Assembly: GCA_030770535.1 (NCBI GenBank)
Contig: JASVEC010000028.1
Location: 248,001-312,000 of the forward strand
Length of the DNA: 64,000 bases
Direction: 5' to 3'
From: Batkoa obscura
Lineage: Eukaryota
In this document: positions 13,501 to 24,209 of the stretch, piece by piece
How the letters are laid out: the number at the start of each line of letters is the position of its first letter
Position numbering within the stretch: the stretch's first letter is position 1
Program-made: the position numbers and the translations under genes
The notes under the pieces: generated by a model
Told to the model about the DNA's origin: nothing
Database searches by the model: none
What the model saw: the letters and a program-made list of their open reading frames with translations, nothing else

Positions 13501-13695
13501 GAAAATAATCCTTGTTGGTATGTTCTTTTGACATAATGGTGTTAGTATGTGATAATCAATTTTTAGCTTGATTCCTATCTCTTCTGAATTTAAAATGATA
13601 TATTCACCCATTATTTTTATCTCTGGCTTCCTCAATATCAAACTATCTTTCCCTGTTTCTTCTTTATTTTGATATGTAATATTTATATCAGTCAT
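10513..13695 (-). CDS. Large uncharacterised protein with degenerate N-terminal VWA domain
   Basis: Intronless ~1060-aa ORF (first ATG at 13695). VWA-like segments RIIFIVLDTGMS, GLIFTNG and ISCITFSS...GTQGG; C-terminal block CIGLGLLVGR...INAILPLYLHPKHW. Confidence 0.7.
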   Translation of the reverse strand: MTDINITYQNKEETGKDSLILRKPEIKIMGEYIILNSEEIGIKLKIDYHILTPLCQKNIPTRIIFIVLDTGMSAIELLLTKRYIIDFISEVYLYVRDIIFVCEGSVRVFFLMQCQLTDIVKVIESCTENKSSSFRLSIRRFFSFIQENIWDDEVSSGLIFTNGNEHNNNPSLYIMDEFKDLINVKENLSLSISCITFSSNYNNLFLNYLLLSGTQGGILQFVPDLSSIKESINSVIDYIGITKVEFFIGNRLHQHLQTITNLDSYLTIKKDKYSNDEMILFIKQTNEKKKELFMPISSIKCKQYFKDDLSGHYQFIHSTFIELEIKTIAKQVFDFKVKPLINEELDDIHRTLDKINRLLDANFQTIGKSKVESRKLVRNKILHVKRLAKKLEHNVLQYRNNQLNHDRIAQWRTLTPDSISVNNKGKKAIFKRMGKNIRRIERNEKRITELSQLINNTELHKEINSTLLENTKCAFSRVNLIEALESGDCIGLGLLVGRNDSTIFDPSKINILDISSTFMSVDTFMEMLTYKIQVQNLEDDLVHGGFNTLLDSFVTSGLRNEKINAILPLYLHPKHWEISSRRSRPILAWMTTLSIIGGSGSELKVIPFMVLSKCFENYLSSNTEHNLFVLKLLFETCLQVYQFPFQTSIQEDTIEKFKDYKNNALNRTIDIIPDNSLFLMRLLCAVHLNDISKEDFFDTLKQVKDELLEESIRRRLNVDWFQPRYGNDLIELMNINLDKDVNDVFEEWETKKEIERVNRRKQLNYSAYIKMLKGVEGIDDNKENEIDYSDLPLFGFDEANYKLSEATKYFIKDTKSYIKQDVNMLLSLIDLFTIDTNLIIKQDLNEMKKYSSQLNKNNIDTWLGAFSIEQQFSILHQSYLHRDNEIRRKAIVEGRYINYCLPEYKDKLKYNYMSNLIEKEVNEILLLKKQRYISIIKDLEDNLLATKLHTTINLEEFAAILKYKIKYRSVRSFSYFLIKFQNEKIHNDQEYHLRYDKLRIIINGQFQQQILFLENTEWLPSNSNVKKLIRPFFIYGKMFNVNQFCTLFSKKQSWVLDNFY

Positions 13696-14440
13696 TTGAT
13701 TATACAAAAGAGATAAAAGTTCTATAATCTGAATTAGAATTAAATTGTTGTTCTTTGCAAATTTTGGTTTTATAAAGAGAATTTTAATTAATTGGAAGCA
13801 TTAACTCAGTTTTATTCAACACTGTAGGCTCTAAGATAAGTTTTAAATATAATGCTACCTTTAGGCGATAAAGTGTTATAAATATAGTATATGAAAATAT
13901 GGTATTGGCTTAAAGAGTTAATATATGGGTTGAGAGTTTATCAATTAAAATATTTCTTATATGACGTTAGCTACGTTTTAACTTTTTAAATTTTACTTAT
14001 ATTAATAAACTACTTTATAATACCCCGTCTTTGTTTCTTGCTATAGATAATAAATTAAAGGGTACAGGTTTTATATTCTAGATATTATACTGGAAGTAAT
14101 TTTTATTTAAAAGTTTTAAAAAATGTTTCCTAAGAAAAGATATAATGAATATTTATTATTTCACTTCACATTTAACCATTTACAAAATAGCTTACAGTTA
14201 GAATAAACTCTTTATCATCTATTCAAGACACATACAATAAAAATTAAACCAGTTATATCACTTGTCTCGCTAAAGGTGATATCTTCTTGCGATTTCCAAG
14301 GCAACTTCAAAGTTCTACTCGAAATGAGCTCTCACTAAATAAATTAAACAAACTGATGCTAAATCATAAATCTCTCAAAGGTGTTTAAGGTAATAAACAT
14401 ATACATAAACAAACTGTCTACGACTACCTTGACTACAAGC

Positions 14441-15149
14441 TCAATACGTCTCATTTTTACTACACTTAACTTTGGCAAGCTCATTCGTTAGCTGTTGAAT
14501 CTGCTCTTCTAGCAGACTCACCTTTTCACAGCATTCCGAATGCTGGTTTTCACTCTAAAAAGGCAAAAATTAAGACAAGTTAATTAGTAATCTCAATAAA
14601 CAAACTTACATTCATCTGCTGAATATGAGCAAAAACATGAAACAAACGGAACATCTTATATAACCTAAAGATAATAACTGCTGTAGCAGTAGCGGGTGCA
14701 TGCTCCATAAGCAATACATACAAAGCAATATCAGACACCACTGAGAAAGTTAAGATGATAAAATCTGCAATTTTGACCCAATTGTCAAAGTAGTATTTGA
14801 ATCCTTTGACTAGATAGACCTTTATAAATATTTCCACAAAAAAAATGAAAGGGAAGACCCAAGAGATGTAGAACAAAATTTTGTTTGCAAGTAGAGTTTC
14901 AGGTTGATTATAAGTGACTATAGATAAAAGGTTAGCTATTTTTTATGCAATAAATGCTTTTCGATTACCTAATACTAAACCTATGGCTAACAAGCTTATA
15001 TCCAGAAATACGATACCGATGATAGTATAGTGGTATTTTTTAGTCTTAAAATATTTATTTAACCTATAGCTCCAATTGGTTTCCTCTTTATTATAAGTGT
15101 TTTGTTCCAGTTTGGCTAAGTTGACAGTATTTAAAGACTCGGTAGACAT
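14441..15149 (-). CDS. Standalone voltage-sensor domain protein, Hv1 proton channel-like (3 exons)
   Basis: Exons 14969-15149, 14610-14917, 14441-14554 with GT-AG introns. S1 IVFLDISLL, S2 FFVEIFIK, S3 IADFII...VSD, S4 IFRLYKMFRL, C-terminal coiled coil LLEEQIQQLTNELAKV; no pore domain. Confidence 0.8.
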
Positions 15150-16174
15150 TTTGTAGTAATTAGCAAGAAAAATACTTGTTTTATATTATCAATTGATCAT
15201 TTCAGCCTCCTTTATATATCATTTTCAATGATTTTGATGATATTATCTTTCCACACACAGATTTAAAGTTTAGAATCTTCTATATTAAAATTTACTGTTT
15301 TAAGCTTTTGGTTGCTAACGTTTTTCTTAGCACCTCTCCATTATAAATGATTTCAATTGCTGAACTGTTTTTTAATCAGCATGATATTGTTAATCGAAGC
15401 TAAACATGGTTAAGAAATAGTCACTTCCCCTTGCTAAATTTGTATCTTGAAAAGAAATGAGCGCTGAGTTGGAATGAGTAAAGTGTTTGCAGAAAATAAG
15501 TATAAAAATGCTACATTTCTGTTCGTATTTTAATCTAGTACAAACTTGCTTCTTCTAACCTTCTCTTTTTCTACTTATCAATTAAATAATTTTTCAGTTA
15601 AATACTTATTGTATAGTCATAATTTTCTGATTATGTAACTTACTTTCATGTTTCTAATCTACACATAGAAATCTGTGTATAAAAGTAATGAACTAATTTC
15701 AGCGCAAAGCAGGTGTTTTTTGTATATTTCAATTTAATTAATATTAATACAAGCAAAGTATTGAAATTTTAAACTAAACAATGTACATAAATAGATTAAT
15801 TAAAAATAGCCCAGTTAATCAATTATTTAAAATAGAAGGGATGTAAATATATTTTTACATTGTTTTTAAACAGTTTGTGTAAGAGAAGTATGTATTGATT
15901 GCATGGAAAACAAGATTATTTTGAGTGCAAGCTTAACCTGAGGTTTTTTAAATAGCTTGATCGGATACTAATTAATTAACTACAAACTTATGTGTAAAAC
16001 GAAAATACTCATTTTGGTTGAAATCGTACCATATCAACTATAATTTATAATAAAACCATTGCTTCAAGTTAATTTGTAGTAAATTTGAATTAAAATTTTT
16101 ATTTTTAAACTTTTCTAAAATAAATACTAAAATAGACTAAAAAATTAGGAGGAGAAAAATAAAAAGCAAGGCAT

Positions 16175-17542
16175 TTAAACAGGGGATAGCGCGGCAGATT
16201 CACAAGACCAATAAGCATTGATAGATTGATCCGAAGCATTGATATTTAAATTTAATTTGTTAATTTTGGCATGTTGTTGAATCCAGTTTTCTGTCCTTTT
16301 TTCAACAGATAGTTTTTCAATCTCAATTTCATCAAATGAACTTTTTTTACTGCTAATTACAGGTGGTGAACCCGATAACGTAGTCACAAAATCTTCCTCC
16401 CCCTCTTCGTTGGACTTGACTTGTGTACCATCACTTTCACTTATTCCACTGTCTTCAGCTATCATTTTTTCAACTTGGATCTTGGGCGTAACTTGATTCA
16501 TTTCACTTAAAGTGCTTTTAATAATAGTTTCGTTCATCGACATATTATCATTCTTATAATTATTTATTATACAATTAGATTGTTTTTTAGTTTGGTAGCG
16601 CACTGGATCTTTTTGTTTCTTTTTAATAAAGTAAGGGATTGACTTGACTTCCTTGATTAATTCATTGATAGTAATCCTTCTCAATGGATTGATACATAAC
16701 ATTTTGGTTACTAGTTTATGGCCATAATCACTCAATGGAAACATTTCCTTTAATAAGTTTGGATTAAAGATATATTCTAAAAATGCTTGATCTTCAGTGG
16801 AAGCTCTTTTCCATGGGTTTCTACCAAAACATAAGTTTAAGAAGATAATTCCTAAAGACCAAATATCGGCTGCGGAGGTGCAATAGTACATATTGGCCTT
16901 ATTTTTATTCTTTGGTTTATGTGCTTCTGGCGCCATATAAAAGCAGGAGCCACAACCATATTCTTTACTCCAAATAGAGCGTGTAGCCAATCCAAAATCA
17001 GCTATCTTAATTTTGCAATCTTGATCTAATAAGATGTTTTCTGGTTTTAGATCTCGATGGTAGACCCCTCTTGAATGACAAAAGTCTGTAGCATTTAAAA
17101 TCCCTAAAAATAAGTTTCTGACAAGCTCATCCCGATTAGTAGGTTTATTGTCATTGATATCAGGCTCGATCTCATCCTCTGAACAATTGGTAATATTTCC
17201 AATTGTTATAGCGTCATAAAGGTCTCCACCTTTGCAATACTCTAATCCTATATATATAGTGTTTTCTAATTCAATCACAAATTCTAAACTAACTACAGAA
17301 GGGTGCCAGCTAACCATACGATGGATCGAAATCTCTTCGCAAATTTGAGGTCTCAACGCATTTTTGGCTAAAGTTTTTACTGCAAATAAAGTGTAGGGCT
17401 CATTCACCATCTGTGCTAAATATACCGCTCCACATGACCCGCGTCCTACAATATCTACTAATTCATACTCAACCTGTTGTTTACGGGTAGTGTGTCTTAA
17501 TCGGCTACCAATTTTACTATATTCTTCAGCTGTATATTCCAT
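16175..17542 (-). CDS. Ser/Thr protein kinase, Ran1/Pat1/Sks1-like
   Basis: GRGSCGAV, FAVKTL, HRDLKPEN, DFG, GCGSCFYMAPE and NLCFGRNPWKRA, typical of the RAN kinase family. Confidence 0.9.
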   Translation of the reverse strand: MEYTAEEYSKIGSRLRHTTRKQQVEYELVDIVGRGSCGAVYLAQMVNEPYTLFAVKTLAKNALRPQICEEISIHRMVSWHPSVVSLEFVIELENTIYIGLEYCKGGDLYDAITIGNITNCSEDEIEPDINDNKPTNRDELVRNLFLGILNATDFCHSRGVYHRDLKPENILLDQDCKIKIADFGLATRSIWSKEYGCGSCFYMAPEAHKPKNKNKANMYYCTSAADIWSLGIIFLNLCFGRNPWKRASTEDQAFLEYIFNPNLLKEMFPLSDYGHKLVTKMLCINPLRRITINELIKEVKSIPYFIKKKQKDPVRYQTKKQSNCIINNYKNDNMSMNETIIKSTLSEMNQVTPKIQVEKMIAEDSGISESDGTQVKSNEEGEEDFVTTLSGSPPVISSKKSSFDEIEIEKLSVEKRTENWIQQHAKINKLNLNINASDQSINAYWSCESAALSPV

Positions 17543-19476
17543 TTTACAATTAGTTGAAATAAAATAAAATTATGTTTAATGAGAGTATATGTTTAATAAA
17601 TGAGTTTTATGAATGTCAATTAATATATCAAAGATAAATTGAGTTATATCAATAGACTCTAATTATAAGATGCTAAACTATACTGTAATACTATAATATG
17701 TAAAGATTAAAAAACCAAATTTCTATTAGTTCTTCTTTTATACTTTCTTTATAGCTAGTTGATCTCTTGGTATTATTAATTTTTAAACTCTTTCTTTTAG
17801 TTACCACCCTTTTAAATTAAATTTAGTTGATCTCATCTCTAGCTTTTAATGCTTAGTTCTTTTTGTTAAATTCTAATTTTAAACTTTTATTAACTTTAAC
17901 TGAATTTGGTAAACTTAAAAAGTTGCTTGATTTTATTTTTTTCAAATTCAAGTTGGCATTTAAAATTTCTATTAGTTTAAAACTTGAAATTTTGGTTAAA
18001 GTGCTTATAAATATTGTAAAAAAATTGTTTTAATAAATAAAAAAAAGAGTTATAAAGAGTGAATAATAGAGTATAAAGATATTAAATAATAATAATAATG
18101 GATAATGGTGATTTGTTGCACTACAAAACTTGTGCAAATCGAATAGAGAATTTTCAATTAAAAACTCACAAATATAACAATGATTTTTACAAATAAATTT
18201 AAATAGTAACTTGATAAACAAACTTAATAAGAATTTAAAAATACAAATATAAATTAAATTAGATATAAATAGTTAAGTTTAATATCTCATTTTTATACTT
18301 ACTTCATTCATTTGATTTTAATTAATTTTAATGCTTAGAACAAAAATCATTAGTTTTTACTTTTTTAAGTAGTAAAAGCGCAGAATTTTATCTTTAGTAA
18401 AAATTTCATTCTAAAAATACGATTTTTTTATTAAATTTTTATAGTTTGAATAAATACTACACAATTTGAATCATTTTGTTTTATTAGCATGTAAATTGAT
18501 TATATTGCTTCATTTATTTAATTATTTTCGTTGTAGTTAAATTCATTCAAGTGCGCTCCAGAAGAATCCAGATTACACTTAACTTTAACTCGACAACAGT
18601 AGTGTCTTTATCAAAAAAACCTAATGGCAATCAGTCACTTGTTAAAATTTCAAGTTCGAATCATGAGCATTTTTCAAAAATTATCAAGTAGCCCTTTATG
18701 CAGCTGTCTTCTATTTTTTTAATTCAGTTTGGGAGATACAAGCTTGAATTCTTAATTTTAGTAGAGCTTTATTCCCAATTCCTTTACAGTTGGTTGATTC
18801 ACCTCAAATTAAAAATAAATAGCGATATTTTTTAAAATCAGCTATTTGATTGTTGATTTTTTAGTGTTTGCTGTTTAAAAAATCAACAATTTGCATTGAA
18901 GCTTGTAATGCTAAACTAAAAGACTATTTATAAATAAATGTAATCTGGTATGCTACCATTTTGATTATTATTATTGCTAGTACCTTTCTCTTATATTTAT
19001 AATCCAAAATCATTAATGAGTAAATATCTTTTAAAATTAAAATTAAAATTAAAAATAGAAACTTTAAAATAAAAGAACTAAAACTGAGAATCTTTGGTTC
19101 ACATTTTAAATTTGATAGTATAAGAGCGATTTATCAGTGAAATTGAGGTAAGTTAATAAGAAAAAACTAGTTCAAATCAATTTACAAACTATTTTGTTAA
19201 AATGTGGCAAAAATTACTAATTCAAAATTTTAGCGTAGTTTTACTGAAACTTTAGGTCCAATTTTTATTTAAGATAAACTGTTCGCTATTTTCAATTCGA
19301 AGTAAGCCAGCTGTATCCCTCCAGAGGTTTTTTTGTTTATTTAACTATTTTTGTAAGTGTTTTTTCAAATAAAATGGGTTTCTATTTTATAAGGCTGATA
19401 AAGTTATGTGCTAATCAAAGCATAATATTAAAGGCTTATTATTTCTCATTTACCTTAAATTTCATAGGTATGGTAT

Positions 19477-19571
19477 GGGGGTATTTTTTTTGACTTCATC
19501 ACTTTTTCCATCTTTTAAGTGCTATTTGAGCGGAAAAATTGTTAGTGAAATTCTTACACAAATACATCCCC
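19477..19571 (-). mobile_element. MITE family A copy
   Basis: GGGG...CATCCCC termini with an exact 4-bp direct repeat GTAT on both sides. Confidence 0.85.
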
Positions 19572-19625
19572 GTATGGTTTACAAAAAAATTCAAAAACTT
19601 TAGAACTTTAAAATCAGACTATATA

Positions 19626-19768
19626 CAGCTGTTAAAATACAAATCTGCAGTGGCTAACTACTCATTTTAAGATAAAATTTTAGTCATTAAGCTATAAATC
19701 GAGTGATTATACAGCCTATTAGTTACAAAAATCATTGCTAATCATTGCACAATTGCGCTTAACAGTTG
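19626..19768. mobile_element. Tc1/mariner-like MITE (family B-related), copy 3
   Basis: TA-CAGCTGTTAA...TTAACAGTTG-TA; internal TTACAAAAATCAT shared with the copy at 4560. Confidence 0.55.
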
Positions 19769-20126
19769 TATTAACTTGACTACACTAAATATTTTGAGAT
19801 GAATTCTCTTATAATTTATTATATGAACTGAATTTAAAGCCATTCTTTAAAAAATGACCAAATTTTTGGCTGATGAGATCATCAAACAAGTTTAAACTAA
19901 TAAATTATGGGATTTCATATTAAACGCCATAAGAGGTTAGTTGACTGAGTGATGTAATAATTTATCCGATGTAAAGTTAATACTATAATATTAAAATAAA
20001 GCATTGTGCGTATAATATAATTTTATTAAGTATTATGTTGGTTGGTTTATTAATAAGTTACGTATTTAAATTTTACTGACTAAATAGCCAAAATTATTTT
20101 TCATCACCTAAGTTTTAACCTATAAA

Positions 20127-21416
20127 TTATTCCTTAACTAAAAAGAGGGTATGTTGACCACCGGATGCTACTTTTAGGACTTTCTTAGTAGAAAGAGCCT
20201 CAATAGCCTTTGGAGTTTCTTGGTCTTCTTCAGAACCATGTCCTAAAGCAAAGGATTCGCCGAATCCCCAAGCGCTAGCCTTTTGATCAGTAGTTACAGC
20301 GAAAGATTGATTTGAGCCACAGATAACACCTGCGGCAGTGCCACCAACTGGGATTTCAGTAAGGGTCTCAACTGCGGCCTTGCTGCCATCCTCACTCTTT
20401 ACAACACTTGGATGGTCTTTTGGTAATCCAAGCTGAGAAGAGTCAGTACGACCGACACCGTATACTTTACCTCCACCTAAAGCTAAAGTATGGTGCTCAC
20501 CACCAGAAAGTTCAGTGATATTATTTCCAGTAAGTCCATGACTAAGAGTAGGTTTTTCAATTTTTTCACCAGCAAGATAACCCTTGGATACAATAGCGCA
20601 TTGATTATAGTTGTTCATGCCCCAAGAATATACTCTTCCAGTCTTTTCACGAGCGAATGAATGATAACCACCAGCAAAGATGTTAACAATATTTTTAACT
20701 GGGAGTGGATTAAGCTTTAAAGATTTTTCCTCACTAGAGATATTCTTACTGTCGTATTCCTTAAATCCGCATTGGGAAGCTTTGTTATCACCAACGGTAT
20801 ATACCTTTCCTTTGGTAGTTAAAACAACCAAGTGATTATTACCAGCGACTACTTTGACAACCTTAGTTGATGGGGTACCTACCTCAATCTTTAATGGAGT
20901 CTTTTGGATATGTTTCTTATTTTCAATGAAGCCTAAAACACCATTTGGATTCCTAAAAGTGCCCCAAGCATATAAATTACCTTCAGAAGTAACACAAGCA
21001 GTAATAGAGTCACCAGCAGCAACTTGAACGACTTTGATATCTTCACCAAGGGTAACTAAAGCAGGTTCCCATTCGTCACCTTCTCTACCAAGAGCACCTT
21101 CGTCATTACATCCCCAAGAATATAATTGACCCTTATCATTAATAGCTAAAGAATGTAATCCACCAGCAACGAGCTCAACAATATTAGTTAACTTTTTGAT
21201 TTGGAATGGTTTTTTTCTTTCGATAATGTCTTCACCTAACCCAAGTTGAGAACAGTCACCTTGACCGCAAATAAAAACCAACCCAGTTTCTGTGTTAAGG
21301 GAAGGAATAGGGTTTAATGAAGCAACAGCTTTACCGGGAGTGCGACCACGTCCCCTCTTAACTGTTGGCTTAGGGGAAGCTTCGGTTTCACTTGTTTTAC
21401 CATTAGGACGTTTCAT
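20127..21416 (-). CDS. RCC1: RCC1 family Ran guanine nucleotide exchange factor (Pim1/Srm1-like)
   Basis: RCC1 repeats (AGGLHSLA...YSWGCNDEGALGR, AGNNHL, GGEHHTLA, GGQHTL) with a basic N-terminal tail. Confidence 0.9.
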   Translation of the reverse strand: MKRPNGKTSETEASPKPTVKRGRGRTPGKAVASLNPIPSLNTETGLVFICGQGDCSQLGLGEDIIERKKPFQIKKLTNIVELVAGGLHSLAINDKGQLYSWGCNDEGALGREGDEWEPALVTLGEDIKVVQVAAGDSITACVTSEGNLYAWGTFRNPNGVLGFIENKKHIQKTPLKIEVGTPSTKVVKVVAGNNHLVVLTTKGKVYTVGDNKASQCGFKEYDSKNISSEEKSLKLNPLPVKNIVNIFAGGYHSFAREKTGRVYSWGMNNYNQCAIVSKGYLAGEKIEKPTLSHGLTGNNITELSGGEHHTLALGGGKVYGVGRTDSSQLGLPKDHPSVVKSEDGSKAAVETLTEIPVGGTAAGVICGSNQSFAVTTDQKASAWGFGESFALGHGSEEDQETPKAIEALSTKKVLKVASGGQHTLFLVKE

Positions 21417-22806
21417 CTTATTGAATTGCTAGAAATATATAAAAGTAATGTAATGTAAGTGTAACCAGGTTAAATTTAAATATTAAAACAATAGTTAATT
21501 CAAATTATTATTTTTTAAAAGATAAAATAATGATGCTTCAAGTTCTATTTATACTTTTTAAGGCTAGGGATGATTTTATAGGGCAATTTGGTGATTTTGA
21601 TTTTTAAAAATCCAAATTTATGGAAAATTTTTTGTAAAATTTTTTAAGCTTGAATCAGATTTACTTCGAAATTAAATCCCAATTAAAACCTTGTTGAACC
21701 AATTAAAAACACGACTTTAAAATAAATTAATCATAATAAAATTTAACCGGAAACTTCTAATAGTATGCCCAAAATAAACGATACGATTAGTTGATTTTTA
21801 GCTTCTTTCCAAAATTAAATATTGAATATGAAATTAATTGATCCAAAATTTTTTCGTTTTTAAGTTGTATTATTTATAAAAATAAAAGAATATTTAAAAT
21901 ACTATTTAAGCAAAAAAATTCTTAATAAAATTCTTAATGAAATTCTTAAGCAAAAAAATACATCTTTATAAATTATATATTATTTAAACATGCTCAATTT
22001 AATTTAATTTAATTTAATATATAAAATGTTTTTTTTATCAGTTTGGTAATTAGTTATATTATAGTAATTATCTAAATTAATTATTATGATAATTATACTT
22101 TTATAATAAATTTAATTATAATCTATATAATTAATTTAATTAAATCAAAGTGATTTTGTTATTAAAATTAAATACATTTTCAAATTTATACATGATTAAT
22201 TTAAAGTTTCTTTATTTAAATTTATTATAAAGTATTTTATTTTATATTTTAGTATAAAGTATAACTTTTTTTAAAATATAATAGCTTTTTTTTAAAAATT
22301 TCATTATAATTTATTTTAATTTTTAATTACATTATTTTTTTATTTGTTTTTTGTATGACTTGTTAATAATATAAATTATAAATATTAATTTTTTTAAATT
22401 AGATTACTTATTATTAGCTTAGCTAAATAAGTATATTTATTATAATATTATAATGTAAACTTATTATAAATTTAAAAATCACTATATTTAAGATTGTTGT
22501 TTTTGATCAAAAATATTATAATATAATAAATCATTTAATTTGTTTATAAAACTAGTTGCAGCTTTATAATTAATTTGATTATAATTTATATGGTACAATT
22601 AATCCAGAGTTTTTTATTTTTATTTGCTATAAGACTTTACCGCCTAATTATAAAAAACATTTTTTTTTTTTAATGTCTATATTTAGCAATTACAATAAAA
22701 AATTATAGCTCTTATCATGTTCTTTAAATACAGCCACCCAGTTAAAATATAAAAAAAATTTCAATATAATAACTTAAAGCTTTTTCATTAAATTATTTCC
22801 TGATAT

Positions 22807-22905
22807 GGGGATGTATTTTTTTGTTTAAGAATTTTACTAACAATCTTTCCGCTCAAATAGCGCTCAAAAAATGGAAAAAATAATGAAACCAAAAAAAACA
22901 TCCTC
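22807..22905 (+). mobile_element. MITE family A copy
   Basis: GGGGATG...CATCCTC, ATAT TSD. Confidence 0.85.
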
Positions 22906-22968
22906 ATATTATATTTTTAGTAAAATTATTAAATCTTAAAGTATTTTATATAAAATTTATAATAATAT

Positions 22969-23062
22969 AAGAATGTTTTTTTGGTTTCATCACTTTTTCC
23001 ATTTTTGAGCGCTATCTGAGCAGAAAGATTATTAGTAAAATTCTTAAAAAAAATACATTCCT
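22969..23062 (-). mobile_element. MITE family A copy (degenerate termini)
   Basis: AAGAATG...CATTCCT, ATAT TSD. Confidence 0.8.
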
Positions 23063-23144
23063 ATATCTTTTATTTTATTTGTTTTATATAGTTTGTAGCT
23101 TATTGCATGTTGCTCCTATTAACTTAAGTTTGTTTTAGTTATAT

Positions 23145-23242
23145 GATGATGTATTTCTGTGTTTAAGAATTTTACTAATAATCTTTCTGCTCAGATAGCG
23201 CTTAAAAGATGGAAAAAGTGATGAAGTCAAAAAAACATCCCC
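23145..23242 (+). mobile_element. MITE family A copy
   Basis: GATGATG...CATCCCC, ATAT TSD. Confidence 0.85.
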
Positions 23243-23443
23243 ATATAAGCTAAAATCTTTTGACTTACAGCTAGTTAATTAAGTAAAAACTGCTTTTAAT
23301 TTTAACTAGTAAGTATCAGCTTTTATAATTATAAATAAAATAATAAATATAATAAATACAAAAACAAATAAAATATTTTCATATTTATTTAACTTTAAAA
23401 CTTATTATATATTTAAACTTTAAGATATAAAATAATATAAAAC

Positions 23444-24010
23444 TGTGAAAGTTGGCACTTAGTGGTAGGAGTTAAAAACAGTTCTTGCTTGATTAACTTG
23501 CCTTGAGTCGAAAGGTCTTAGTTTATATAACTAAGATAGACTTAAATGAATAAGAATAATACGTAATAAGTTACGAACTATATAAAACAAATATGGGGAT
23601 GTTTTTTTTGGTTTCATTATTTTTTTCTATTTTTTAAGTACTATTTGAGTGGAAAGATTGTTGGTAAAATTCTTAAACAGAAAAATACATCCCCATATAA
23701 TAGAAGATACTACTGTAGAATCTATGTAAGATGTTGTCAGAAAGACTTAGTGGCTTTATTAATAATACGATATCAGGGAGTAATTCAATTAAAAAGCCTC
23801 GAGTTATCATGTTGAAGAATCTCTTTTATACTCCAACAAGTATGGATATCAAAACGAGAGGATAATATTGTTTGCACTATTAAGTTAGAAATTCTCCCAG
23901 CAAATCAAAATAAGGGACACTACTTGATTATGTTTGAACTTGAGAACACAGCAACTTAAGTGATTGTTGTGTTATAATCAATTCGAGAGCTAATAAAGCA
24001 ATATTTCACA
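23444..24010 (+). mobile_element. Solo-LTR-like element copy 1 (interrupted by a MITE)
   Basis: TGTGAAA...TTTCACA termini, AATAAA just before the 3' end, 4-bp TSD AAAC, homologous to 24210-24675 and 46058-46518. Confidence 0.8.
23595..23694 (-). mobile_element. MITE family A copy nested in solo-LTR copy 1
   Basis: GGGGATG...CATCCCC, ATAT TSD; the empty site is visible in LTR copies 2 and 3. Confidence 0.88.
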
Positions 24011-24209
24011 AAACTAATATAATGTTTTTAATTTATTATGAATATTTAAAAAAAATCAAATAGAATGTTGAAAATTAAAATTAAATTTTTTTTAACTAAT
24101 CACTTTTTCCTGCTTTCAGCATAAAATTCAAATTTTTTTTATAATGTATAAATCATTTATTTTTAACTTTAACTAACTAAATTTAAGATACATATATTAT
24201 TTTGTAAAA

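Larger units (their letters stand above)
22545..23327 (-). mobile_element. Degenerate old copy of the solo-LTR-like element carrying three MITE insertions
   Basis: After removing the MITEs, colinear with 24210-24675 (TTTGTTTTATATAGTTTGTAGCTTA...GCTAGTTAATTAAG...AAGTATCAGCTTTTATA). Left boundary approximate. Confidence 0.6.

Noticed and set aside
18030..18221. 63-aa ORF upstream of the kinase
   Set aside because: Non-ATG start and AT-biased composition; probably UTR or intergenic.
22807..23694. Clustered ~100-bp repeats resembling a CRISPR or tandem array
   Set aside because: Mixed orientations, individual TSDs, irregular spacing and eukaryotic context show they are MITEs.
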